A DNA stretch of 64,000 bases. It comes from Eledone cirrhosa. Taxonomy: Eukaryota. The number at the start of each line of letters is the position of its first letter. Within the stretch, counting starts at the first letter, position 1. A program made the translations under genes and the position numbers. The notes below the pieces were generated by a model. It did no database searches. It worked only from the letters and a program-made list of their open reading frames with translations, and was not told the DNA's origin. The stretch is taken from the NCBI GenBank assembly GCA_964016885.1, contig OZ024740.1, forward strand, positions 424,886,001 to 424,950,000, given 5' to 3'. Shown here in pieces: positions 28,145 to 41,165 of the stretch.

Positions 28145-28150
<6 letters not shown>
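26817..28150 (+). mobile_element. Retrozyme-like array: one inverted plus three tandem 310-bp hammerhead-containing units inside (TA)n
   Basis: 310-bp period (HHR cores at 27366, 27676 and 27986); inverted unit 26817-27155 with HHR at 26978-27020 (-). Confidence 0.9.
27670..27712 (+). ncRNA. Minimal type I hammerhead ribozyme, family H (copies at 27360-27402 and 27980-28022)
   Basis: gtagtc-CTGAAGA-t-ttct-aaca-agaa-t-GAAA-cgc-GTA-gattac; stem III ACGCGU is palindromic. Confidence 0.85.
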
Positions 28151-28190
<40 letters not shown>

Positions 28191-28242
28191 CAATGAGTTA
28201 TTTAATTTGTTGCTTATTCAGCAAATTTAATTTATAACAATG

Positions 28243-28492
28243 CCGTAACTCTTTGCGTCAAACCATGGCGTCAGACCCTCTTCCGATACTGCCAATCCAC
28301 CGCCTTATAATAATTGTTTCTACTTTTGGCACAAGGCCACAAATTACCCAGTACATTACTGGTACTTTATTTTATCGACCCCGTAAGGATGAAAGGCAAA
28401 GTTAACCTCGACGAGATTTGAACTCAGATCATGAAGGGCCGTAACTCTATGCGTCAAACCATGGCGTCCGACCCTCTACCGATACTGCCAAT
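28243..28492 (-). mobile_element. SINE, family 1, with an adjacent partial head copy
   Basis: Full copy 28312-28492 plus head fragment 28243-28305. Confidence 0.8.
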
Positions 28493-28811
28493 AATAGAGG
28501 GGTGGAATAAGGGTGGAGATTGAACATTTCGGGTCCCAAATAATAGGGTTGAGGTGGAGACTGGACATTTCCGGTCCCAAACAATATTTGGGAGGGGGAA
28601 TAAGGGTGGGGAATAGACATTTCGGCTCCCAAATAATAGGGGGAGAATAAGGGTGGAGGGTGGATATTTGCTGAAATTCTTCTAAGCGGGAGGTTAGAAT
28701 AAACGGGGGGTGGGGTCGGTTATACTATAGTGTATGTTGGTAAATATGGAATTTCTTGTAATGTCTTTTGTTGTCATATATAATGTTATTTAATGTAAAA
28801 TATAATTATTA

Positions 28812-28998
28812 AGGTGGATTGGCAGTAACGGTAGAGGGTCGGACGCCATGCTTTGACGCATAGAGTTACGGCTCTTCATGATCTGAGTTCAGATCCCGCC
28901 GAGGTTAACTTTGCCTTTCATCCTTACAGGGTCTATAAAATAAAGTACCAGTAATGCACTGGGTAATTGCTGGCCTTGTGTCAAAAGTAGAAACAATT
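28812..28998 (+). mobile_element. SINE, family 1
   Basis: tggcagtaacggta ... gagttcagatccc ... gcctttcatccttacagggtc. Confidence 0.85.
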
Positions 28999-29066
28999 AT
29001 TAATAAACAAATAATGAAGGTGGAGATAGAAAGATATATTGTGATAGATAGGAAGACACAGGTGTG

Positions 29067-29098
<32 letters not shown>

Positions 29099-29852
29099 GG
29101 GGGTGTGTGGGTGTACGTATGTGAATGTGTGGGGTGTTTGGGTGTACGTATGTGAATGTATGTGTATGTATGTGTGTGTACGTGTACGTACGTGAATGTG
29201 TGTGTATATATATATGTGTGTGTGTGTATGCATGTGTGGGTGTATGTGTGTGAATGTGTGTGTGTGTATGTGTGTGTGTGTATGCATGTGTGGGTGTATG
29301 TGTGTGACTGTGTGTGTGACTGTGTGTGTGAATGTGTGTGTGTGAATGTGTGAGTGTGTGTGTATGCATGTGTGGGTGTATGTGTGTGAGTGTGTGTGAA
29401 TGTGTGTGTGAATGTGTGAATGTGTGTATGTGTGTGTGTGTGTATGCATGTGTAGGTGTATGTGTGTGACTGTGTGTGTGAATGTTTGTGTGTGAATGTG
29501 TGAGTGTATGTGTGTGTACGACAATTAGAACGTGATTGGGGAAAGAAAAATAACGCAACTGAGAGACAGAAACAGAGAAAGAAAGCAGGAAGGAAAGATA
29601 GATAGATTGATAGATAGATAAATTTCTATTTATTTGCCACGAGGGCACAAAAGAAGGGGACATTTACACAGTGGGGGAGTTTACATAAATCGAGTAAAGA
29701 AAAAAGGAATAACAATAATAATATAACAATAAAAAGTCCTCAAAAGGGAGGGGGCGTGTTGGGGATTGCACATACCCCCGAAAAGTGTGCAACTCTTTTC
29801 GCGGGGGAAGCCCAGAGAGGAGGCACTCCCCCTTTCCTCTTCACTTCTTCAC

Positions 29853-32036
29853 CTACAGAACAATGTAGAGAGAAGGCCCATTTACACGGGCCATTCTCGC
29901 TTCTTTCACCCACCTTTCATAAAACTGTCTGGGACCAAGCACTTCTCTCTCCATCCTGATTCTTCTTCCGAAGTGGTATCGGAAGAAGTAAACCAGGTGA
30001 TGGCCGGAGAGAAAGTCACCCGACCTCAGACCTTTCAGGCGCGTCCACCACACAACCTCTTTCATCATGGCTATTACGCACAGAAAGACCGCCTCTGCTT
30101 CATTTCTGAAGGGAGGAGGCGGCTTGATGTTCACCACAGACTCGGCGGTTAATCGAATCGGCGCCACACGCGACAGCAGTCGTTCGACGTAGCCCCACAG
30201 ATCGGCAACGCCCGGGCAGTGTACCAGTGCATGCGCAACGGTTTCCTCGTCGCGCACGCATCTGGGACAGATCTTTTTCGCGGGATCCCTGCCCGGGCGC
30301 CCGTGTCTGTAGAGCTTTTCTCGAACGGGCAGAGCCCCCCGGTAACACTGCCAGGCTAGGGACCTCTGGAAGTTGTCCATGGGTCCCGGGCCGAAAGTTC
30401 TACCGAACAGGCTGGCCAGTTCGTCCTCCTCCATGCCTAGCGACTCTCCAAGGGTGTCGTCGCCCCTGCTAGCCACCAACCCTCTATAGAATGTCGAGGT
30501 GGATTCTCCACTGACAGTCGGGTCCGCTTGCCAGATAGCCGTGAGCACCTGGGCACACTCAGTGTGCCAGTTGCCCAGTTTTCTCGGTCTTTGCTTCACC
30601 CAGGATTGCAGTTCGGTGAGCGAGACGAGCTGTGGGAAGGCTCGCCTCACAAACGGGGCCCACACCGGCTGACCGTTGAGGAATACCTGTAGATGCCGTA
30701 GCCTCAATGCGTGCCTACGCATCAACAGCCACGGCATACCCAGCCCTCCTTTCGAAGGGTGCTGGCAGCAGATGGATCTCCTCACCATGGGAGGCCGCTT
30801 CTTCCAGAGGAACTGGAAGAGCATGCGTTCCATGATGGTGAGCTTTTCCTTGGGGCAAGGCACGACGGTCAGGCGGTAGTAGATGACGGACGCTATGTAA
30901 GCGTTCGTCACCTCCGCCCGACCTTTCAGTGATAGTTTGCACTTGGCCCACTTCTGGGTCAGCGCAAACACCCTGCTCGTCACCTCGCCCCAATTCTTCT
31001 CCACCTGGAGGTCCGGTCCGAACCAGACCCCGAGCAGCTTCACCGGGCCCTCCGTCCACCGCCCGACGACACCGTCTAACGGCATCGGTTTGCCCCTCCA
31101 CGTTCCGAGTTGCAAACCGACTGACTTGTCCCGGTTCAGCTTAGCCCCCGTCAGCCTTTCGTATTCCTCCAGTAGGGTGGCGATCGCCCCGATTTCCGAG
31201 GCGTCCGCCACCATTACTGTTACGTCGTCGGCATAGGCCGAGACCGCTTTGTGCAATCCCGGTTCCAGGGGTATGCCCCGCAGCAACTCCAACTTCCGCA
31301 GCAGTGGCTCGAGAGTCAATACGTACAGAAGGGAGGAGAGGGGGCACCCCTGTCTGATGGATCGGGTGATTTGAAACGGCTCCATGATCAATTCTGGACA
31401 ACTAAATACGTCCCTATCCTTACTCCTAACCAAAAACCTATCTAGGTACGATCTAGATTGTCCACTGCGGTTTGCCCAGGTCCAGGTTGGCGCAGTTGGA
31501 CAATCTAGTCGAAATCTATCGACCAGGTCGAATCGATCGAGTAACCCCTTGAGGCTGCTACACCCCCCTCTATCGGGACATGCCCCTGCATAGTCCCAAC
31601 GCGCATCTAGGATTCCATTCCAGTCCCCCACTAAAAGCAGGGAACGCGACGTTCCTAGAAAAGTCTCCAGACGTTGGAAGAAGTCGGCTCTCTCCGCCCC
31701 GAAGGGAGCATAAAGACCGACCAGTCTGAAAGCCCCGCCTTCACCACCTCCGACGTCCAGCACCAGTAATCGACCCCCCGGGTCCGAGTGAACAATCTGT
31801 ACGTCGAGAGTCAGACGTTTATCCAGCAGTACGGCAACTCCCCCCCCGCCTCCGGGTTGACAGAGAGATGCGTGCATCTCAAAGTCATCGAAGGCGGGCG
31901 CCAGCTGTCTCACGCTGCTGATCCGACTCTCGCAAACAACCATCACATCTATACTTTGTGACCTGAGGTCACTTAGAAGCTTTGCTTGCTTCCAAGCTGA
32001 GCTCAGGCCACGCGCGTTCAAACAGCCAACTCTCAA
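29853..32036 (-). CDS. LINE ORF2: APE endonuclease, partial reverse transcriptase and C-terminal zinc finger
   Basis: CLNARGL, GDWN and SYLDRF (APE); RQGCPLS and AYADD (RT); CPRC...HALVHC; RT N-terminal domains missing at the CPELI|MEPF junction (about 31386). Confidence 0.85.
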   Translation of the reverse strand: MRVGCLNARGLSSAWKQAKLLSDLRSQSIDVMVVCESRISSVRQLAPAFDDFEMHASLCQPGGGGGVAVLLDKRLTLDVQIVHSDPGGRLLVLDVGGGEGGAFRLVGLYAPFGAERADFFQRLETFLGTSRSLLLVGDWNGILDARWDYAGACPDRGGCSSLKGLLDRFDLVDRFRLDCPTAPTWTWANRSGQSRSYLDRFLVRSKDRDVFSCPELIMEPFQITRSIRQGCPLSSLLYVLTLEPLLRKLELLRGIPLEPGLHKAVSAYADDVTVMVADASEIGAIATLLEEYERLTGAKLNRDKSVGLQLGTWRGKPMPLDGVVGRWTEGPVKLLGVWFGPDLQVEKNWGEVTSRVFALTQKWAKCKLSLKGRAEVTNAYIASVIYYRLTVVPCPKEKLTIMERMLFQFLWKKRPPMVRRSICCQHPSKGGLGMPWLLMRRHALRLRHLQVFLNGQPVWAPFVRRAFPQLVSLTELQSWVKQRPRKLGNWHTECAQVLTAIWQADPTVSGESTSTFYRGLVASRGDDTLGESLGMEEDELASLFGRTFGPGPMDNFQRSLAWQCYRGALPVREKLYRHGRPGRDPAKKICPRCVRDEETVAHALVHCPGVADLWGYVERLLSRVAPIRLTAESVVNIKPPPPFRNEAEAVFLCVIAMMKEVVWWTRLKGLRSGDFLSGHHLVYFFRYHFGRRIRMEREVLGPRQFYERWVKEARMARVNGPSLYIVL

Positions 32037-32041
32037 TTGAT

Positions 32042-33904
32042 CTATTTTGGTGTTGAAAGTGAAGAAAGAAAAGCACTTACCTCTCCGGGTTGCGTAATTT
32101 CCATGGCATCAGGTGTGTTGGGTGGAGGGATGTTTTGTGGTGGTGTGGGGGTACACGTGTGTGGTGGGGTTGGGGTATTTGGAGTTGTGTCAGGGAGAGG
32201 GGCGGTTATGGGGAAATCTTTCAAGAGGACGCGATTCAACGGTTTTAAACAGGGGGGGCTCACGTCCCGTCTAAATTGTTCTTTTAAGGAACGATAAAGG
32301 TCCAGAGGGACCTTTATCATTTTTAAATGGGTGAAGTTCTCTGTTGAGATAAAGTTTGGCCCTTCGGTTTGCACCATAGGGTTATTGTTTATTAATTTAA
32401 CCAGTTTTTTGTTTTCTTTATTTATATATGTGTATTGCAACGTCTTTTTTTGTGATGCTGTCAATGTTTCGGAGAGGGGAGGCGCAGATTTATTTTTGTT
32501 TGTTGAGGGTGGGGTGTTTTTGATTGGAGTTGGTGTTTGTGTGTGGGTTATTTGTGGTGTGCTGGGTGTGTGTTTTCTTTTTTTTCTTTTAACTTGTCTG
32601 AAGGCTTCTCCTCCTTCTTCTTCAGAAGTTGGGGGAAACTCTTCAGCGCTAGGTGGGAGGGACGTGTTGTGTGGTTGTTTTTTTTTTGCGGGAGGGGTAG
32701 ATTTGTTACTGTTTTTTTTATTATTTGTTTGGAATGGGTTTTGTGGTGGTGGTGGTGGTAATGTTTGTGTCGTGCTTGTGGTTGGTAATGGTGGTGGTGA
32801 TGTTTGTGTTGTGGTTGGTAGTGGTGATTTTTGTGTCGTGCTTGTGTTTGGTGCTGGTGGTGGTGATGTTTGTGTTGTGTTTGTGGTTGGTGGTGTCTGT
32901 ATTTTGTTTGCTGTGTGTGGTATTAGTGTATTTTTGGAGGTGGGTGGTGCTGGTGTACTGTTTGTGGTGGGTGTGGGCAATAGTCCTTTTTGGGGGATAC
33001 GTTTCGGGCAGTTAGCCTTAACGTGTCCCCTTTCCATGCATAAATAGCATGCTGGTCTTCTCCCCTCTACAATTATGTCTATTGGGGTAAGGTCATCCAG
33101 CCAGATGCGATCCGGGATTTGTGCTATTCTTTCGGGCCTCATTTGGACTAGTATGTCGAGGCCCATTCCCAGGAACGCATCTCCAGTTGCCTTCCCCATT
33201 GACAGCATAGTGTCTTCGCCCATATCAATGAAGCCAGCAATAGCCCACCAGAAGTCCATTGTGGGCAGCATTGTTTTTACTTTTATTCTTTGTGTTCTTC
33301 TACCCATGTAGGAGGGATAGAAGCTATATGTTGTCGACGAGAGTGGGCTTAGGGAAAGCTGAACCGCCGTTTCTTTGTCTCTTGTTAGGACCGAAATGCT
33401 GCCATAGAGTCGGTCCTTTCGTATGAAGAGAATATTCTTCATATAGTCTTTTAGGACTAACTCTATTTCCATTTGGCTGGGCTGTGCTGGCTTTCTTGAC
33501 TGGTTTAGTATAGTTCTGTATATAACTGTGTTTTCTGCTCTGGCTTTCTTGAATTCTGGGGGGGAGTTAATGGAAAACATTCCGTTTTCCCCCAAAACAA
33601 TATGTTTCTTTGCTTCGGCCAGTTTTTCTCTGGCGGCAGTTAGGTCAATTGGTGTGTATGTAATGGATTGCTTTGTTTTCTGGGCGAAAGTTGCCCTGTC
33701 GTTATTTGTATTATTTTCTGTTTGTTTGTTTTCTGTTTGCTCATTTTCCTTAACATTTGTTTTTTCATTTTGTTTGTTTGTTTCAATGTCTAATTTTGTT
33801 GTAATTATTTTTTGTTCTTCAGACTTGGGGGGCGTGGCAGAGCTAATGGCAGACATGTCTGCCATCTTTTCCGCCATGCTGCCAAGAAAGAAATTTTTCG
33901 GCAA
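32042..33904 (-). CDS. LINE ORF1, gag-like nucleic-acid-binding protein
   Basis: 620-aa open frame with CCHC knuckle CYLCMERGHVKANC, P/T-rich linker and basic KRKKRK; directly upstream of ORF2. Confidence 0.85.
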   Translation of the reverse strand: MPKNFFLGSMAEKMADMSAISSATPPKSEEQKIITTKLDIETNKQNEKTNVKENEQTENKQTENNTNNDRATFAQKTKQSITYTPIDLTAAREKLAEAKKHIVLGENGMFSINSPPEFKKARAENTVIYRTILNQSRKPAQPSQMEIELVLKDYMKNILFIRKDRLYGSISVLTRDKETAVQLSLSPLSSTTYSFYPSYMGRRTQRIKVKTMLPTMDFWWAIAGFIDMGEDTMLSMGKATGDAFLGMGLDILVQMRPERIAQIPDRIWLDDLTPIDIIVEGRRPACYLCMERGHVKANCPKRIPQKGLLPTPTTNSTPAPPTSKNTLIPHTANKIQTPPTTNTTQTSPPPAPNTSTTQKSPLPTTTQTSPPPLPTTSTTQTLPPPPPQNPFQTNNKKNSNKSTPPAKKKQPHNTSLPPSAEEFPPTSEEEGGEAFRQVKRKKRKHTPSTPQITHTQTPTPIKNTPPSTNKNKSAPPLSETLTASQKKTLQYTYINKENKKLVKLINNNPMVQTEGPNFISTENFTHLKMIKVPLDLYRSLKEQFRRDVSPPCLKPLNRVLLKDFPITAPLPDTTPNTPTPPHTCTPTPPQNIPPPNTPDAMEITQPGEVSAFLSSLSTPK

Positions 33905-34785
33905 AAATAGATATTTATTTTACCCCCTAAAAAGGGGGTAAATGCAAAAATGTTTCCCTAAATAACAGGGGTTAGTGTTCCAAATGTGTTGCACTAAAAA
34001 ATTTATCCGGTACTTACAATAGTAAGGGTAAATCCCGATGGAATAGCGGAGCCGATGCGAAGCGTGTCTTACTCTATCAAGATAGATTGATAGATAGATA
34101 GATAGAGAGTAACGGGGATATGCGGGGGCGTAGGCTTAGATAATGATTGAATAAAAGAAAGAATATGATAGATAGATAGATAGATAGGGGAGAATGTGGA
34201 TTTGAATGAATGAATAAAGATAAAGAGTAGGAATGAAATGCTTTGATATAATATATATATATATATATATATCGAGAGATAGAGAGAAATTATTATTGAA
34301 AGGGCGACAGAAAAAGAAACAGTATAAGGCAGGGTGTTGTTAAATACGGCTGCCAATCCGAGAATAATTATGTACCGTGGCCGTAACATTTTCATTTGCA
34401 ATGGAGAAAGAGTGTGATTGTAATGAGATTTCAAGCGTAATTAATTCATAGGGAGACCTCTAGAGGGATATAAATGGACTTTTAAACATTGATTATTACT
34501 AGCCTGGCTCACATATAGATTGAAACCGTAATAATTAATTAGGTGACAGCATTTTATGATCTGCCGTGATAGAGAGCCGTACTTACAAACCCTGCCTAGC
34601 GATAAATTGTTGTTATTGTTGTTGTTGTTATTGTTATTGTTGTTATTGTTATTGTTATTTACATTCATTGGAAACCAATAGTAAAAATTATATTTACAAG
34701 ATAGAGCCCGACGGCGTTGATAAGAATAACAACAACAACAACAAAACAACAACAACAATAACAACTATAACAACAACAACGATAA

Positions 34786-35560
34786 TGGTTTCTGCTTTAG
34801 GCACAAGGACATCAATATGAAGACGAGGGAAAAGTCGACTAAATCAACCCCAATGCGTTACAGGTACTTTATTTTCTGGCTCTGTAAGGATGAAAAGTAA
34901 AGTTAACCTCAGCGGGATTTGAACTCACTTAGAACGTAAATGGCCGTAATTCTATGCCACAAAGTATCTTATCCGACGCTCTACCGATTCTGCCAATCTA
35001 TAATAACAACTACAACAATAATAACAACTACAACAGCAGACACGGTGACAACAAATGACAAAATAACAAGAAAAACACAAAACAAAAACAACAACGAAAA
35101 ACAAGAAAGCAACAATAACAACTACAAAAATAACAGTAGTAGTGTCAATAATAACAATAATTGTTTCTACTTTAGGCACAAGGCCAGCAATTATCCCATT
35201 GCATTACTGGTACTTTATTTTATCGACCCCGTAAGGATGAAAGGCAAAGTTAACCTCGACGGGATTTGAACTCAGACCATAAAGGGCCGTAACTCTTTGC
35301 TGCAAAGCATGGCGTCCGACTCTCTACTGATACTGCCAAATAATAATAGTTTCTGATTTAGGCAGACGGCCAACCGTTTTGGAGTGAGGGTGAAGTCGAT
35401 TAAATCGACCCTAGTGTGTTACTGGTATTTTATTTTATTTACCCGTAATTATGAAAGACAAAGCTAATTTCAGCGGGATTTGAACTCAGAATGTAAAGGG
35501 AGGTAACTCTGTACCGGAAGAAGGGCGTCCGTTGCTCTACCGATTACTGCCAATCCACTG
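34786..35560 (-). mobile_element. Cluster of three family-1 SINEs (34786-34998, 35160-35340, 35347-35560)
   Basis: Each has gggatttgaactca and the conserved body; separated by (AAC)n/(AAT)n. Confidence 0.8.
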
Positions 35561-36624
35561 TCCTTGTTCTTATGGTACTATCAATAATAAGAACATCAAC
35601 CTCAACAAAAACAAAGGTTTCAACAATATCAACCACCAATTGTGTAATTGCCTCTTGACGAATCAATGACTTGAATATCAGTAGTAGCTGGGGAGGGGGT
35701 TAACCCTGTGATGGACTGGCGTCCAGTCCAGAGGGTAGTCTTGTACTCTCAATCACTTCATGGCACGCAAACTGGGATAAGCACCAGCCTGATGAACGTG
35801 AGGGCTTGAGGAAGACCTTAGACATTTTTGTTCACTAAACAAAATATAATTATTTACCTAAAGAAATGACAAGTTACCGTTAAAGTTTCTCTCGTCTTGT
35901 ACATCACATTAGTTCTCAATCCAAGTTGGTGTTACAAGAATGTTTGAGTCCATCGTTGAACTACATTACTATTTTTGCTCAATCAGAAATGTAGAAAGAT
36001 GCTGAAATTCTGAAATCCTGAAATTCTCTGTGTTTAATTAAGATTATTTTTAAAGAAGAGATTTGTTTTTACGTGTATTTTTAAACAAATTAGTCCTCAA
36101 ATGCAGAGTTAACAAAGTTTTTGAGGGTCATACAAACGTTATTGGGTGATCTACAATGTCTTATTTAAGGTGAGTGTCTTTCGGGTTTTTTTTAACATTC
36201 AAAACCTGATCCTGTTTTCAGTTTAACTCTGTTAATGTAAATTTCTTCAACAAGAAGAAAACTCAATGCATGGAAAATGAATTAAATTTTTCATGGAGCA
36301 CATCAAGCAGTGACTATAAGAAAATATGGTTTTAGAATTCATGGCAGTGTCCCAGCAGGGTGCAGCCAGTGTACTGGAATAGGTAAAAGAGTAAAACATT
36401 TTAATGAAAACGAAAGATATTTAATGGAAGCAGTTACACCGTGTTGAACTTTTAAATGTGATTTTATTTTGGCTTAACGTTCCTTTGTATAGTGAATCTT
36501 TTTATAGAAAATGCGTTCAATGAGTTTTCTGATTTAGTATTAAAACAATATTTAAACACTGATATTGAAAGTCGATCTTAGTTTTATGAATATTTTTAAC
36601 CCACAATGGCGCAATGAATCTGGA

Positions 36625-36835
36625 AATAATCGCTGGACAGATTTTACAGGCAAAACCAGCCGGCAGGAGACCCAGGGGTAGACCTCGAAGAAGATGGTCG
36701 GATACCATCCATGAGCTCGGTTAGTCTCGCTTGGGGATCCAGCTAGATCAAATGGAGACGGTTGCTCTGACAGGACACACTGGAATGAGTGTTTGAGGAC
36801 TCTGCCCCCCACAACGTATCAAGAATAAATAGGCG
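36625..36835 (+). pseudogene. RTE-clade LINE 3' end relic
   Basis: KPAGRRPRGRPRRRWSDTI...SRLGI...DRTHW...LRTLPP, the characteristic RTE C-terminus. Confidence 0.7.
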
Positions 36836-37147
36836 AAGAAGGAAATAGCAAAAATGGATGTCAATAATCTGACACTAGAAGAAAAACAATTGACAATAGA
36901 TTCCATCTTTTGTAAAACATTTTGAATAAATATGTGGTACATCAGTTGATTTTATGTTTTGTAAACACGTTTTACCAGTTATATTTTCAACCGGACATAA
37001 GCTCGGCTATTATTGTAAATTCTTTTATCTTTTAACAAATTGTTGGTGCTTTTTAGAGTACATTTGAATCTGTCGACGCTTGAAAATTTTACAAAAATCG
37101 AGTACTTGAGATGCCAGCAATCCAATCGCACCATTATATATATATAT

Positions 37148-37342
37148 AAAGAAAAAAAGATGAAATCGAAAATGTAACTGGAGTCTTATTTAAAAAAAAT
37201 ATATATATATTTTTTTTAAATAAGACTCCAGTTACATTTTCGATTTCATCTTTTTTTCTTTATACTTTCACTCGTGTAGGACACCTCGGTTATTTTTCAT
37301 TTTGTAAAAAAAACAAAAAACAAAAAGAACCCTCACTTTCTA

Positions 37343-37345
<3 letters not shown>
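37148..37345. mobile_element. Family D remnant with short palindrome and no hammerhead
   Basis: gatgaaatcgaaaatgtaactggagtcttatt and its inverse, plus tail ctcgtgtaggacacctcggtt shared with the 7711 and 43361 copies. Confidence 0.8.
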
Positions 37346-37391
<46 letters not shown>

Positions 37392-37394
<3 letters not shown>

Positions 37395-37592
37395 CGAAGG
37401 AAATGTGGTAAGGAACCAGGTGGACCATAACGCACCAAAGTACTCAATACTTGAGGTAGTAGAGTGGGTAATAGGAACCAGTAAGACCCCGACAGCTGAG
37501 CTCAAGCCGTTTCGACGGCTAATTCTGGACTGAATTAGTCCAGAATTAGCCGTCGAAACGGCTTGAGCTCAGCTGTCGGGGTCTTACTGGTT

Positions 37593-37597
<5 letters not shown>
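37392..37597. mobile_element. Family M element: near-perfect palindrome of a hammerhead 3' half
   Basis: Palindrome 37471-37597; each arm reads gtccagaattagccgtc-GAAA-cggc...gct-GTC-ggggtc; relatives at 3368-3424, 43745-43856 and 44601-44790. Confidence 0.7.
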
Positions 37598-37650
<53 letters not shown>

Positions 37651-37653
<3 letters not shown>

Positions 37654-38062
37654 GCTGCCAACTCGTTTTCGAGTACGGCCACTACTTTATATCCATGTAG
37701 GAGAACCCCTACCGATACGCTGAACGAGTGTGACTTTTTAGTCCAGCCAGCGACTTGAAAACTCTGGTACAAAACACTACACTTGTGACAATTATTGACA
37801 CATAGTGCTGGGCCCATGGTACCATGTGAGGACAAGTGCAGAGAGATCTCCAGACATAAAGCAATGCCTGTGCCGTGAAGCTTTTATAGTGAGCAAAGGC
37901 ACTGTACAAAGCCAGTCCCACTCTCTTAACCAAGATGATATTTACCAAAAAGAAGAACAAGTCAACATCATTGAATACCATCAGGGTTGCAGGTGTTATA
38001 TCAGAGTTTTCCTTCTCCTAGAATTCTGCCTTGACAAAGGCTAAGGGGTCATCTCTCCCGGA
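37651..38062 (-). mobile_element. Non-autonomous repeat, probably RTE-derived
   Basis: Near-identical to 62378-62790; contains cagagttttccttctcctaga, which resembles the reverse of RTE 5' UTRs; fragment at 38124-38185. Confidence 0.6.
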
Positions 38063-38082
38063 TATATACATACATACATACA

Positions 38083-38118
<36 letters not shown>

Positions 38119-38209
38119 TACATGGTGGCTGCCAACTCGTTTTCGAGTACGGCCACTACTTTATATCCATGTAGGAGAACCCTACATATATATATATATA
38201 TATATATAT

Positions 38210-39730
<1,521 letters not shown>

Positions 39731-39777
39731 ATGTGCGTGCGCGTGTGTGTGTGTGTCTGTGTATATAATATTCATAT

Positions 39778-39945
<168 letters not shown>

Positions 39946-40461
39946 AAAGAATAGAGGTGTAACACACAAGTTATTATATATTGGTAAACGGAATAGAAAA
40001 TGCTGACAAATTGTTCACAGTTGAAAAATGGTTTAATTAGGAATAAAAGAGTATTAGTGATTGTATGGGTTAGTATTCAGTTGTGGTTTTAAGTTTTTAA
40101 GTTTTTACCGGTTGCGCATTTCTAAATGCTTTTCAAAAATAATTTTGAGATAGAGTGTCCGTGCTGTTTGCTCTGATCTGATTAGTTTTGGGAATTCTAC
40201 CTGTTTTTATGTTAAAAAAATGGCTCCAGCGTTATTTTTGTGTTGCAAAAATGCTTGTGGTCAAAACAATTTTGATTGGTCGGTAGTGGCCATGTGAATG
40301 TAAAAAGTTGATTTTGCGCCAAGACTGTTTTTATGTTAAAATGTTAGAAAAGTGGCTCCAGCAAAAATTATTGGTCAAAACAATTTTGATTGGTCGGTAG
40401 AGGTCATGTGGATAAAAAATTGGTTTTGCGCCAAGATTGAGAAATGACTCTTTCACAACAA

Positions 40462-40535
<74 letters not shown>

Positions 40536-40604
40536 TAGTAGTAGTAAGGTGTTCGATGCTGCGACAATAGCCACCAGCGATGTGTGTCAAATGGCTATTA
40601 AGAT

Positions 40605-40652
<48 letters not shown>

Positions 40653-41165
40653 ACATACACACAGCAGAGTCATTCGAAGGTCAAAAGATATTTATCAGCT
40701 TTTGTCTTATACGGAGAAGTGCGTGTGTGTGTGTGTGTGTGTGTATAAGTCTCTTTGTATGTTGATGTACGCGTGTGTATGTGTTTGTGTATATATGTGT
40801 GTGTGTGTGTGTGTGTGCGTGTGTGGGTGGTCCAGTATTTTTTTCCCCCTGGTAAAATGGTGTACATTATTCGATTTTTTCAGTAAAATCGGTTCTCTTA
40901 ATAGAACATCAACAATCTTAACAATAAAAGGTGTGAAATGATATTCACTATATATATACACACACACACACACACATATATATATTTTCACTACATATAT
41001 ATATATATATATATATACATATATACATACATATATATGCACATATATTTTTTTGTATTGCACCATAGAGCATGTGTGTTTACGTGTGTCATTGTGTTTA
41101 TATGTGGGTAGAGATGTGCGCTGATGTAGGTATGTATGTTGACGTGTGTATGTTGTGGGTTCGTC

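Larger units (their letters stand above)
29621..34079 (-). mobile_element. Tx1/L1-clade LINE, both ends present, internally deleted
   Basis: ORF1 + ORF2; 3' end gtggcAATAAA-like signal; flanked by direct repeat agatagattgatagatagata at 29600-29620 and 34080-34100 (TSD). Confidence 0.9.

Noticed and set aside
32042-32080. GAG|GTAAGT...pyrimidine tract...TAG mini-intron at the ORF1 end
   Set aside because: Removing the 39 nt gives GAG ATC AAT TGA, which does not fuse ORF1 to ORF2; nearby AGs are also out of frame.
32331-33941. Plus-strand ORFs antisense to LINE ORF1
   Set aside because: Shadow ORFs caused by the biased A/C-rich composition of ORF1.
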